DNA of 64,000 nt from Octopus vulgaris (Eukaryota), in contig OX597816.1 in the NCBI GenBank assembly GCA_951406725.2, positions 75,330,001-75,394,000 of the forward strand, given 5' to 3'. The translations under genes and the position numbers were made by a program. This document shows, in pieces, positions 25,431 through 38,057 of this stretch. The notes below the pieces were generated by a model. The model saw nothing but the letters and a program-made list of their open reading frames with translations. It was not told the origin of the DNA and ran no database searches. Every line of letters begins with the position of its first letter. Position 1 is the first letter of the stretch.

Positions 25431-28400
25431 AAATGTTCAATTTAATTTCTGTAGGAAAAACATGGTAGTGAGGGAGCTGCAGCTCTGAGGAGGAAGGATT
25501 ATCAGAACAGATCTAGTGGCAAGATACAATGTAATGATGAAAGAAGGGTATGCCAGTTGGTCTTAACTAGAGGGATGCAATCATTGAAATAATAGAAGAA
25601 ACAGTGTGAGCCACTATTGGAATATTGGTTAATGATATAAACAGATTGGATACTAACTGGTACAGTCAGTTCAGTGTAGCATAGAATACAGCCTGAGTGG
25701 TATGGTAGGATGTGAGGGCCAAGAAGAATGTGCTATGAATATAAAAAACAAGTGTTGATGATTGGAATAGTTTGGGGAGCAGTAAAAACATCTAACATAA
25801 ATTTAGAGGAAAATATGGTAGAATGAGACATTAAGTGCTCAAGTAATTAGAGGTCTTTGTTTCTAATATCCAGGTAAAAGTGTTTGAATGGTAGAGAAAG
25901 TAGATTCTCTGAGTGCAGACACCACCTTTTATATAGTGAGTGTTGCCTGAACAGTAGAGATGTAATAGATATGGGATTAGAATTTGTGTCAGTGAGAAAT
26001 ACAGTTTGTTGTTTGGAAGAAGTGGCATGTAGAAGTAGATTGAGGTTGGACACAGAAATGAAAATTGGTCTATGGTTTGATTATATCCTTTGTTTTTGGA
26101 GGCTTTGCCTAATTTTGGGGTTAGTTGAAAGAGGAGAGGTGGAAACTAGGGCTCAGGAATTGTCTTTATCCAATCCATCTACCTCTCTAAGAACAATTTA
26201 AAGTCAGTTGTTGTAGAAGGCCCTCTAGAAATACTGTGGTTGCTGGGGTACTTAAGGAGATAATACAAGATTATTCACCTAAGAAAGAGCAGCTTCCAAA
26301 GACATTACCTACCTGCTCTGACACCATTACACTCTAACATACAGTGACATTACACAAGGTAAGGTGCAGCTGAAAAGGTATGTTGAAAGACTGAGGTAGT
26401 GACTCAAATGCTTGTAGCAAAGTAAACTTTACTTGCAGTGCTTGAAGGCCATTTGCTGTTGTTTTTCCTAGTCTCCCCTCTTTGAATAATATTTTGACTG
26501 GGGTGATTTATTGCAGTATGAATACAAGGAAGGCTATCTTATAGGACTGAATCCCATTTTCCTGTGCTTATCATTTTCATTTTGAAGTGATCAAAGCTGC
26601 TTTGTTGTGGCTGTAGAAGCCACATCTCTCCTATGGTTCTGCTCAGCTGATTGTAGGTTTGAGAGTTAAATCTACCAGCCTAAAGACAGGATAGAATAGA
26701 ATGAAGGAAGAGAAGAGGAAGTAGGGAGATAAATCCATAAATTGAAAGTAGGTGCAGAGGATGAAGTTAGCATGAAGAGGTGACAATATTAGAAATTGGG
26801 ATCAGAATGCTGTTGCTGTCTTCATCATCATTTAAATGTCCATCTTCCATGCTGGTATGGGTTGGACAGTTTGACAGGAACTGGCCAGGCAGGAGTCTGC
26901 ACCAGACTTCTGTGTCTGCTTTGGCAGGATTTTTACAGCTGGATGCCCTTCCTAACACCAACCACCCAGCAGAGTGGACTGAGTCCTTTTATGTGACACA
27001 AGCACATGCAAGGTCAGTTTTGGCAAGGTTTTTACAGCTGGATGCCCTTCCAAACACCAACCACTTTACAGTGTGGACTAGATGCTTTTTACATGGCATC
27101 AGCACTGGCAGGGTCACCAAGTAGCAGTACTGTATATAAAGGAGACATAGGATTGAAACAGTATCAACTTGTTAGCTTTGATTCAATGAGCTAGCATCCT
27201 GTGACTCACTAACAGATTTACTTGATTTTAGTATAGTGCAGTATTTAAGTGTAGGGCTAATTATTAAAAGTTTGGATGAAATGAAGTCATATCATTATTT
27301 TACATTTGAATATACAATTAAATTCTATACATTTTTTATGAAAATAAAATAAATAAATTAGAAAAACAACTATTATTTATAATCTATCATATATATGTAG
27401 GTATGTTTGTTTGACTTACTATGATGTTTAATTTTTATTAATCTTATATGTACACTAATTAATGCTTGAGTTGTCTCACTTTGGCTGCAAAGAGTCATTC
27501 ATGTAAATCAAATTTTTATACTTTTCAAGAATGATATAACAGTCAGAATTTTTTATTGATGACTCCCATACTTTAAGGGTTAAAATTTAATATGTTGTAG
27601 AGCTCCAGGTCAGCTCAAATCAAAAATACTCCAGCCTTAACAATTCCATCTAATTGTATATCCAAAACTGCATTAGTCTCTGTTTTCATTAGGTTGGCTT
27701 TAGGAAGGGCATCCAGCTGTAGAAACCATGCCAAAGCTAACACTAGAGCTCTGCACAATCCTGCAGCTTCCTGGATTCTGTGAAATTGTCTAACCCATGC
27801 CAGCATAGAAAACGGATGTTAAGTGATGATGATGATGAATGTCTGTCATTCAGTAGTGTATGATGTAAGGAAGATTGGCCTCTGTTTCTACCTGCTTAAG
27901 TGCCCCCATAATGACTTCTTTCAACATACATAATAGTTGCAATGTTTTGGCTATTGAGCAAACATAATCAAAGATGCCTTGTTTTATATGTCTGTAACTA
28001 CATTGCCCAATGTCTCCTTCCATTTTGTAAAATTGGAATGTGATTTAAGAAAGATTTAGCTGCTATTTCTAACAGGTCAAACAACCGTTATTGACTCAAA
28101 ACTTAATGTTTTATCTATAAATATTCAAAACCATTATATTATATATGCATATTAGTTGAAACATTGTATATCATTGATTGAAACCAATCAGTTCTGATCA
28201 ACATGCCATATGAAACTGATCAAGTAATTATGTAAATTGACATTAGCTCAGTTATGAATTTTGTTGTTTAACACAAGTGAGCTCTAGTCAGATAGTGCTA
28301 TGATCAAAGGCATTTTCAATTCTGATCTTCCAATCTTTACTTGAAGCATAACATATCCAAAGCTAAATTATTTGATGTATCCTGCTTTTCCTTTCTTAGG

Positions 28401-28514
28401 CAATAGATTTAAGAGAGATTTGATTGCTACTTCTTTACTAAACTCCCTCATTGGCTTAAAATAAGATATGTATGTAGTAGCTGAAACCTAGTATAATTTA
28501 TATATGTATCTTAA

Positions 28515-28737
28515 CCCTTTAGCATTCAGATTACTCTGTCAAATGTAAATCTTTTTTATTCACATTGTTTTGAATTAATCATGCATTTATCTTGTGGCTT
28601 TGAGATTTCAGTGATGTAATTGTTTATTTTTAGAACGACACTATGGAATAGGTATGAGAGGCTGGATACTATGGCCAGTTTGAACATGAAATGTGTAGAA
28701 TATTTTGGCTGGATAAGGCCAGTTTAATACTAAAGGG
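28515..28737. mobile_element. piggyBac-type MITE
   Basis: TTAA|CCCTTTAGCATT ... AATACTAAAGGG|TTAA: a TTAA target duplication with CCC/GGG termini; 223 bp. Confidence 0.85.
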
Positions 28738-29508
28738 TTAAGTTAAAAGTGTTTGAAGTACATATACACAATTACCCATATTGTAGTTGTTGTTTAGGCC
28801 CAGATCAAGCAGATTTATGAACCAGAACCTAGTCAAGATTTAGTGTACCCAAAAACCTTACTATCCAACGTGTCCTTCTTTTGTAAGCCAGTAGGATGAG
28901 CTTTGAAAAACATTTGGTTGCTTTGCTCTTTCTAGCAAGTCAAGCAACTGTGTGGAAGTTCCTTTATTGGTCATTGAATAATAGGTATTATGTCATATGA
29001 AGTGTGGTTTCATGCTATATGTTGTGTGATATGTATTGAGTTATGTCATTTGTAGTGTGGTGCTATGTCACATGTGGTATCCTGTCATATGTTATATTCT
29101 TATATGTAAGATATTATATCATATGCACTGTGATATTGTGTCATTATTGTGTTGTATAACATCTTATGTGTATAGTAATAATTATAACATTTATTACATT
29201 TATTTGTACCATTTGTTATAGAATAAGAATTTCTTACAAAGTCTCCTTCATTTCTCAGTTATAACTTAATCACTTAATATTGCTAATTTCCTTGAGAAAC
29301 ACAATGAAAATTACAGTTTCATTTTCTATTATACATTTCTGACCTTATGTCCTATGTAAGAAAATATTACCAGTTGTGATTTATACAATGTGTTCCATAA
29401 GTCTGTAAGATTTTCAAATATAATTGTGTTTAAAATGCTGTCTTATTTGTGGGACACATTGTATTTCATTTTTTCTTTTTCTTTTCTTTCTCTTTTTGTT
29501 TCTTTCAG

Positions 29509-31154
29509 ATCCCCATATTGAAAAAGCAAAGATAGTTTCAGATGCCTACATTGGAAAAGCTATGTTAACCCTGTTTCCAAAAAGTGATGCTCCAGACACT
29601 GATACTCCAGAAGAAAAAGTGAAAGAATCTTACCCATTAGAAAATGATTTTATTGATGATGGTGAAGGAGAATTACAAGGCAATTTACCACCTCCTGATA
29701 CAAAAGAATCTGATTCTTTGGGCGATGACAAGTTGAAAGAAAGTAAATCACAAAAAACTGCTGAAGCAATAAAGGAAACAGCTGAAAAAAGTCAAAAGGC
29801 AGCAGAGGAGGCTAAGAAGGCTGAAGAGGCCAGAATAGCAGCAGAAGAGGCTAAGAAAGCTGAAGAAGCCAGAATAGCAGCAGAAGAGGCTAAGAAAGCT
29901 GAAGAGGCCAGATTAGCAGAAGAGGCTAAAAAAGCTGAAGAAGCCAAAATAGCAGCAGAAGAGGCTAAGAAAGCTGAAGAGGCCAGATTAGCAGAAGAGG
30001 CTAAAAAAGCTGAAGAGGCCAGAATAGCAGCAGAAGAGGCTAAAAAGGCTGAAGAGGCCAGAATAGCAGCAGAAGAGGCTAAAAAAGCAGAAGAGGCCAG
30101 AATAGCAGCAGAAGAGGCTAAGAAAACTGAAGAGGCTCAACAAGCAGAAGAAGCCAGAAAAGCCGAGGAGGCTAGACTAGCTGAAGAGGCTCGACAAGCA
30201 GAAGAAGCCAGACTAGCTGAAGAGGCTCGACAAGCAGAAGAAGCCAGAAAAGCTGAAGAGGCTAGACAGGAAGAAGAAGCGAAGAGAGCTGAAGAGGCTA
30301 GACAGGAAGAAGAAGCTAAGAGAGCTGAAGAGGCTAGACTGCTAGAAGAGGCAAGAATAGCAGAAGAGGCTAGACTAGCAGAAGAGGCTAGACTGGAAGA
30401 AGAAGCTAAGAGAGCTGAGGAAGCTAGACAGGAAGAAGAGGCTAGGAGAGCTGAGGAAGAGGCTAGATGGGAGGAAGAGGCTAGGAGAGCTGCTGAGGAA
30501 GAGGCTAGACGGGAGGAAGAGGCTAGACGGGAGGAAGAGGCTAGGAGAGTCGCTGAGGAAGAGGCTAGAAGAGCTGCTGAGGAAGCTAGACAGGAGGAAG
30601 AGGCCAGGAGAGCTGCTGAGGAAGCTAGACAGGAGGAAGAGGCTAGGAGAGCTGAGGAAGCTTGGAGACAGGAAGAAGAGGCTAGGCGGGAAGAAGAAGC
30701 TAGGAGAGCTGAAGAGGCTAGACAGGCAGAAGAGGCTAGGAGAGCTGAGGAAGCTAGACAAGCAGCTGAGGAGGCTAGGAGAGTTGCAGAGGAAGCCCGA
30801 GAAGCAGAAGAACTTAGAAAGGCAGAAGCTGAAAAAGCAGCTGAGGAGGCCCGTAGATCTGCTGAAGAAGCACAACGAGAAGCAGAAGAAGCAAGAAAAG
30901 CAGAGGAAGTGAGAATAGCTGCAGAAGAGGCCAGGAGAGATGCAGAGGAAGCAAGGGAGGCTGAAAGACAAAAAGAAGCTGAAAGACTAAAAGAGACTGA
31001 AGAAGCTAGTGAAAAAATAGAAGAATCAAATAATTCAGCTAAATCAAAAAAAAAGTCCAAAAAAAATGAATCTTATAAAAAAAGTGACATAACCAATGAA
31101 GATGATCGCAAAATTCAAAAAGAACTGGATGCAGCTGATGAATTATTGGAAAAA
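29509..31154 (+). CDS. ASPH: ASPH large exon: luminal acidic segment, ~400-aa EEA(K/R)(K/R)A repeat and start of the TPR region
   Basis: Long pyrimidine tract with tttcag|AT acceptor; 1646 nt open; donor AAA|GTGAGT at 31155 (phase 0). The C-terminal [17 protein letters not shown] resembles vertebrate ASPH DKTIKAELDAAEKLRKR (recalled sequence). Confidence 0.9.
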
Positions 31155-31734
31155 GTGAGTCCTTAAATGAAAATAAATTTATAATTGTAATTTTTACCAT
31201 CTTTTTTTTTTTCAATCCTTTTATTGATATGTGTGTGTGTGTTTTGTGTGTATGTGTATGTATATGCTCACTTAGTCTTGAATCTTCCAATTCAAAAAAA
31301 AAATATGCATTACCTTATTTTATTGTATATAAGTATTTCTTTCATACCCAACTATAATTTTTAATATATCTAAAGTGTTTCACTTCAGAAAACAGTGGTT
31401 GTAAGGTTATGGCGCTAAATAATACAGACCATATCAAATAAGGTTATGAGTTTAAACCTAACTATTACTACACTTTGTTATGTTTGGGCAAGATCTCACA
31501 ATTCTGTTGCCTGGCAGACAATATACACATAGGTTTGGTGGAACAAACAGGATAAATAGAACTTATTACATAAGTATATAAATATTGTTTATCATTTTCT
31601 ATTATAAAGTTATAACCTAATTCAAGGGCTGGGAGTTTCATGCATAGCCCTTTTGCAATTTCCTTATGCAAACACAAAATTCTTGGCCCTTGAGTCATTT
31701 TGTAACTTCTGCTGATTAGTAATAATAATAATAA

Positions 31735-32090
31735 TATTAAGTGATGAAAACTCACAGCTTATTTTGCTGGGTATAATGGAATGTGTCAGCTGTCCACAGC
31801 CAGCAGATTAAGGTGACACTTGTTTACTAGTCATGCTTCAAGAACCCTAATTCTTGCAGTTCCAAGCAATGCTGATTTTTGTAAGTGTTCTACCTTCACA
31901 CTTGCACCAATCTTTTTCAGCCATGCTGGTAGTTGAGTAGCTGATACTTCCAGGTACACCAATTACTATTGATATCACGTCTACTCTCCTCATTGACCAC
32001 AACCTTCATATTTTCCACTTCAAATTGTTATAGTTGTTTATTTTTTCTTCTTTCACATTGATCTTGTCACCATGGCATACTGTGTCAATT
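31735..32090 (-). mobile_element. Degraded R4/Dong-like LINE 3' fragment
   Basis: The minus strand reads ..RLWSMRRVDVISIVIGVPG...EHLQKSALLGTARI.., similar in pattern to the 18157-18895 element. (TAA)n lies at its 3' side. Confidence 0.55.
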
Positions 32091-32329
32091 ATCATGCGTA
32101 CACATATGTGCATACATATATACACTCACACACATACACATACACATGCATTACTTTATTGCTAGCTGTTTTTCTCCCAATAACATACAACACAGACAAA
32201 ATGTGGAGTGATGAATCCCATCCATGTTAACATAGAAAAACAAATAGATGGAAAACAGTTTCTAAAAAGATGGAAGCAGTTACTATATACATATAAGCAT
32301 TGATTGATTTTATGATTATGATGGACCCT

Positions 32330-32545
32330 AAGCAGCGAGCTGGCAGAATTGTTAGCACACCAGGCGAAATGCTTAGCAGTATTTCGTCTGCTGCTATGTT
32401 CTGAGTTCAAATTCCACTGAGGTTGACTTTGCCTTTCATCCTTTCAGGGTTGATAAATTAAGCACCAGTCAAGTACTGGGGTCGATGTGATTGACTACTC
32501 CACTCCCCTCAAAATCCAGGCTTTGTGCCTATAGTAGAAGGGATG
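32330..32545 (+). mobile_element. tRNA-derived SINE (Meta-like core)
   Basis: Same head, core and tail as 9966-10180. Confidence 0.85.
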
Positions 32546-33820
32546 ATTATGATAGACCCTCCATCGATTTTGGCAATAAACATTTTGTTGTTCAATCAAT
32601 TGAACTACCCACTTGTTTAATGTGGAACTGATTCAGTATTTCACAGACACGTGTAGACTTAACATAATTCTCAGGTCAAATCAGTATGACAAAATATGTG
32701 ACAAGGTTAGGACTTCAAATTACTAGTATGATTCAGCCAATGGACTTTCACAGTTTATATCAATAACAGATTCATTTATAAGGCTTTGGTTAGTCCAGTG
32801 TTATAGTAATACACATGACCAAGATGAAACCTAATGTGACAAAACTTAAGAAATATACATATTTTCTGAGTTCAGTTCCACCAGTAGTACACACACACAT
32901 ATACACACACACCACTGTCATCATTTTTACACAAGCTTCTCTATGTTGACATGAGTGGAAAAATCTTCACAGTTCAAGTCAGTTATTATATGGAGTTATT
33001 GTCCTCCTAGTTGGGTCTCACTTGTATGTCCTATCTTTTGGTCTGGTTTCTACTGTGAGTGCCCTTCCTATTGCAAACTACTTATTAACGCAATGTGCTA
33101 GGTGTATTTTGTCATGGCATCAAGTACAGATAAGTTGTCTTGCCCTTGGCAGAACTAGTGTGTGCTCTCTATCAAATATTGTGGATAGTGAAAAGTTGTT
33201 TTTTATGATACTAAATCTATTATATTATTCTTCAACATGATTGTAGAAGAATAATATATTTTGTTAGAGAGGAGGAGGAGGTAGAGTAAGAGAGCAGATA
33301 GCCAGCTGATGCATTATGCTGTTACTCGTGCAGTTTGTAGAAGTGAAAGATGAAGAGAGAGAGAGAGAGAGAGTGAAGTGCTAAGGACATGAAGAGGGGA
33401 ATTACATGGTTTTAAAATTTGTTGAAGAGGTAGCAAGAAAGAGAGAAATATAGGTTGTTAGACTCACTCACCATTCTTCTGTTGACAGAATTCTGTGGGT
33501 TCTATCATAATACAGCACAAGAGGTGGAGTATCTTTTACACAATAAATGTAGAGAGTATTCCATAACATATGCCCTGTAGAGTAGGAGCAATGAAAAAAC
33601 ACAGGCCAGAAAGGAGTCGCTGAGAAGTGGAGATGGGAATGTAAGTGTGGAGAGTATTCAATAGCCCAGGGCACATACATTTGCTCAGGTGACTGGATAA
33701 GGAGGGTTAAGGATGCCAAGTGAAGTAGGAGAAAAGCTGGACAAGGTACAAAATACCTCAGTCTCTAAACACTACTCTTGTGTTATGGTATATTTTATGT
33801 ATGTAGTTATATATATATAT

Positions 33821-34215
33821 GGCATAGGTGTGGCTGTGTGGTAAGAAGCTTGCTTCCCAACCATATCGTTCTGTGTTCAGTCCCAATGCATGGCACCTTG
33901 GACAAGTGTCTTCTACTATAGCCTTGTGCCAATCAAAGCCCTTGAGTGGATTTGGTAGATCGAAACTGAAAGAAGCCCATCATGTATGTATGTATGTATG
34001 TATGTAAATATTTTTGTGTTCCTCCTCCTGCCGTTGTTTGACAACCAATGATGGTGTGTTTATGTCCCTGTAACTTAGCAGTTCAGCAAAAGATATCAAT
34101 AGAATAAGTACTAGACTTACAAAGAATAAGTCCTGGGGTCAATTTCTTTGACTAAAAATCCTTTAAGGTGGTGCTCCAGCATGGCTGCAGTCAAATGACT
34201 GAAACAAGTAAAAGA
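33821..34215 (+). mobile_element. SINE family B (CORE-like) full-length copy; others at 36628-37030, 39768-40168 and 50455-50830
   Basis: ggctgtgtggtaagaagcttgcttcccaacc...ggcaccttggacaagtgtcttctactatagcc...internal microsatellite...gcagtcaaatgactgaaacaagtaaaaga, repeated at all listed loci. Confidence 0.88.
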
Positions 34216-34449
34216 ATATATATATATATATGGCAAATGAAAGTTGGAAGATGGATTATACAAGAATTTATTATTAATCACGACAATTGTTTCGACATCT
34301 AGCATCGATTCCTCATTTTATTATCGATTATATATATACAGATCAAATTTATAGAAAAATAAAAAAACGAAGACAGGTATATGAACAACAAGTAAGTGTA
34401 CTAGTTTGACACTTGGGAAAAATGAAAAAAATCTTTTACATATATATAT

Positions 34450-35120
34450 AGTTTTATTAAACTGTTGCTCCCCACCATCACCTCTTTATGTACTACCACT
34501 TATCACTCCCTCCCTGACCCACTCCTATTTTCTTTCATTTTCACTATTGACCACACTTCCACCTGTGTTCACCCCTTTTTGCCTTCACCTCTGTCTCCAT
34601 CTCTAATCATATGTCCCTCTTGTTTCACATTCTTCCAAATTTGCCCATCCATACAACCTGATCCACTGTCCCTTTATTCCTCATATCCACCTTGTACCTT
34701 GAAGGTACAACCTGACAACCTGAAGGTATAACGCCCATCATTTCTCCCTTTTCAGCAAGACATCAAATATGAGAGACAGGAACTGGTGTTCCTGTCTCTC
34801 ATATTTTAGCCTCTCAGCACATGGCACAGAGCCATCAGTTCTGCTCCCCTCCCCCCACTTAGTCTTGCAAGTTTCTTGGTGACCTCACTAATATGCCAAT
34901 GTCATGAAAAAGGTACTCAGTACACTCTGTAAATTGCTTGGCATTAGGATAGGCATACAGCCATAGAAACCATAGAATGTCAAAGCAGACATTGTAGTCT
35001 GATGCAGTCTCTCTGGCTCATCAGATGTTGTCACACCATCCAACTTATACCAGCATAGAAGATGTGCTTTAAATGATGATGTTGATATATATACATCATC
35101 AGATGTTAACTGATGATGAT
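34450..35120 (+). mobile_element. Old RTE 3' UTR fragment; a homologous minus-strand copy lies at ~61915-62700
   Basis: Pyrimidine-rich UTR leading to ...gtcttgcaagtttcttggtgacctcacta...ggcattaggataggcatacagcc...(GAT)n. Confidence 0.6.
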
Positions 35121-36172
35121 AATGTACTGTATATGACACATGCACACATATATGAAGTTTATATCAAAAGTAATGCAAAGGTAGATATAACTTTTCTATT
35201 AATCAACATAGGTAATTCAAATTGTACATGTAGGTTGAGTAACTCTTCCCCTATACAAAATTACTACTCAATATTGAATCTATCACAAGCGATGCATTTG
35301 AGTCATTGCAAAATCCAACTCTCAAATCCTCTTTAAAAACATTCAGATGTACATTGTTGTACTCATGTCTTTGTAGCCATTTTCACCTTATCTGCCTCAT
35401 CAAACCATTGTTTTCAATGATTGTCCTTCATTGGACTGTAAAAGTAGAAGTCAGAGAGAACTAGATCTGAGTTATACAGTGGATAGAGGAACCACTGACC
35501 ATTTCAGTTTGCTGATTTCTTGATTTTTTGCTAAAGATGTGTGTAGTTAGGCATTATGATGGTGAACATGGGTTGTTTTCAGATTCTTACTGGCCTTTTC
35601 TTCCTAAAGGCCTCTCTTAGCTTAGTTGAGTATAACAAACCATTCCAAATCCTTGTTATAGTATCCATATGGATGGAGTTAGGACTGGGTAGCTTGTACT
35701 AGCATAGAATTTTATAATATATAATAATGACGTCAAACTAAATTTTGATATTTTGAATGCATTTAATACATATATTTCTGATAGTTGCACAATAAATGAA
35801 AAGACAATTTTACATTTTACACAAAATCTTCCTCTGTGAAAACAACATACATATGTATGTATATATGCATATATGTATATACGTATGTATGCATAGGCAG
35901 ACTGGCCAACTTACCCAATGGCAAGTAGGCCCCTGTGCCATTAGAATCCATATGTGGGGTTCCATGTTTGTATCTAAGGAGCCCATCCCCCTAAGTTAGA
36001 GAATTTATATTCACTCCTGGAAGAATGCATTAATTATTTCAGCTTGGCTGTGTTTGTAGACAGTTGAAAAGAATACTTTTAGCAAAAACAAAATAATAAA
36101 TGATAGCATTGTAGTTGCGAGTGGGCCCCCTTAGTCTCCTGACAACCAATATTTTTAGACCCAGTCCACTAC

Positions 36173-36538
36173 TGTATGTATGTATGTATGTATGTATGTA
36201 TGTATGTATGTATGTATGTATGTATGTATGTATGTATGTATGTATGTATGTATGTATGTATGTATGTATGTATGTATGTATGTATGTATGTATGTATGTA
36301 TGTATGTATGTATGTATGTATGTATGTATGTATGTATGTATGTATGTATGTATGTATGTATGTATGTATGTATGTATGTATGTATGTATGTATGTATGTA
36401 TGTATGTATGTATGTATGTATGTATGTATGTATGTATGTATGTATGTATGTATGTATGTATGTATGTATGTATGTATGTATGTATGTATGTATGTATGTA
36501 TGTATGTATGTATGTATGTATGTATGTATGTATGTATG
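36173..36538. repeat. Perfect (TATG)n tetranucleotide array, about 91 units
   Basis: Directly visible; abuts the mariner TIR at 36539. Confidence 0.97.
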
Positions 36539-38051
36539 TCAGGTTAGTGCAAAAGTAATGTCCAATTTAAAGATCTAAGGTAAAAATGAAAAAGCCAATG
36601 ACTATGGAAATATTTATTCATTAACATACAGGTGCAGGGGTGGCTGTGTGGTAAGTTGCTTGTTTACCAACCACATGGTTCCGGGTTCAGTCCCACTGTG
36701 TGGCACCTTGAGCAAGTGTCTTCTACTATAGCCTCGGGCCGACCAAAGCCTTGTGAGTGGATTTGGTAGACGGAAACTGAAAAGAAGCCCATCGTATATA
36801 TGTATATATATATATATGCGTGTGTGTGTCTGTGTTTTTCCCCCTAGCATTGCTTGACAACCGATGCTGGTGTGTTTATGTCCCCGTTACTTAGCGGTTC
36901 GGCAAAAGAGACCGATAGAATAAGTACTGGGCTTACAAAAAGAATAAGTCCCGGGGTCGAGTTGCTCGATTAAAGGCGGTGCTCCAGCATGGCCGCTGTC
37001 AAATGACTGAAACAAGTAAAAAGAGTAAAGAGTATACTCTCCATTGCTTTCAATGACCTCATTCTATCTATCAACAAACCTGTTTCAGTCTCTTCTCTTG
37101 TTGTTAGCCTAGGTCCATCTAAATGGTTCTGTAGTCCACAAAACAAATGGTATTCAGAAGGAGCAAGGTCAGGAGAATATGGAGGATGAGGCAGTGTTTC
37201 CCAACCAAGTTCTTCCAAGAGAGTTTGGTCAGTCAAGCTGTGTGAGGATAAGCATTATTGTGATGGAAGATGACACTCTTTCTGTTAACCAAGGATGCTT
37301 ACTTTTGACTCAGAACTGTTTTCAAATGAAGTTGCTCACAGAAAATATTGGATTATTCTTTTAATATCCTACCATACACTCAACATGTTCTTCTTTGGAT
37401 GAAGTCCTGCTCTCTGTTGTTGAACTGGCTATCCTCTTCGACTGATCCAAGAATGGTGGCATTTAACATTATGGTAAAGAATCCACTTCTCACCACCTGT
37501 AACAAGTCCGTCTAAAAATGTTGCTTGAAAGTGTCGCGAAAGCAATGATTGACAAAAAGCAGCATGCTGTTGTCGATTCTCTGGAGACAGCTCATGAGGG
37601 ACCCATTTTCCAGCAAGTTCACTAGTGGTAACGGTCGGGTTCTCTGAAACAAGAGCTTCCAACATTTCGGAATCAAGTTTTTTTGGACAACCCTCTTTTG
37701 GCTCTTCTTTCAAAGTGAGATCACCACTTCGGAAATGAGAAAACCACCTCCTGTAACTTCTTTCATTCACTACATCATCCTCATAAGTGCTCTGAATAGA
37801 TCTTGCTACTGTACTTGCATTAACACCTGAAAACTCGTAGAGTAAAACATTTCTTATGTGATCTTTAGATGGAACAAACATGGTGGTAAAATTTTCTGAG
37901 ATTTATGGCCAGAAGTTAGATAATCTGAAAGAAAATAGTACAAATTAGACACAGAGATATCTTAAAACCATAAGAAGAGGTTTAAAAAATTGATAAATTC
38001 ACTCTGAAACATTTTTTCTAGAAATCGGACATTACTTTTGCACCAACCTGA
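36539..38051 (-). mobile_element. Decayed mariner element with both TIRs and a nested SINE (36628-37030)
   Basis: TIRs tcaggttagtgcaaaagtaatgtccaattt (36539) and aaatcggacattacttttgcaccaacctga|TA (38051). Transposase remnants carry the WVPHEL, VTGGEKW and HPPYSPDLAPSEYHLF mariner motifs (ORFs 37429-37881 and 36970-37236). Confidence 0.92.
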
Positions 38052-38057
38052 TATGTA

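Noticed and set aside
25440-26750. Possible ancient LINE remnants here and at ~600-1500 and ~33300-33760
   Set aside because: Only faint motif echoes; too decayed to assign family, strand or boundaries by eye.
30137-31060. Antisense Ser/Ala/Leu-rich ORFs (307 and 198 aa)
   Set aside because: Mirror of the GAA/GCT/AGA repeat on the ASPH coding strand; no independent evidence.
36115-36578. MYVC-repeat ORFs
   Set aside because: Translation of (TATG)n.
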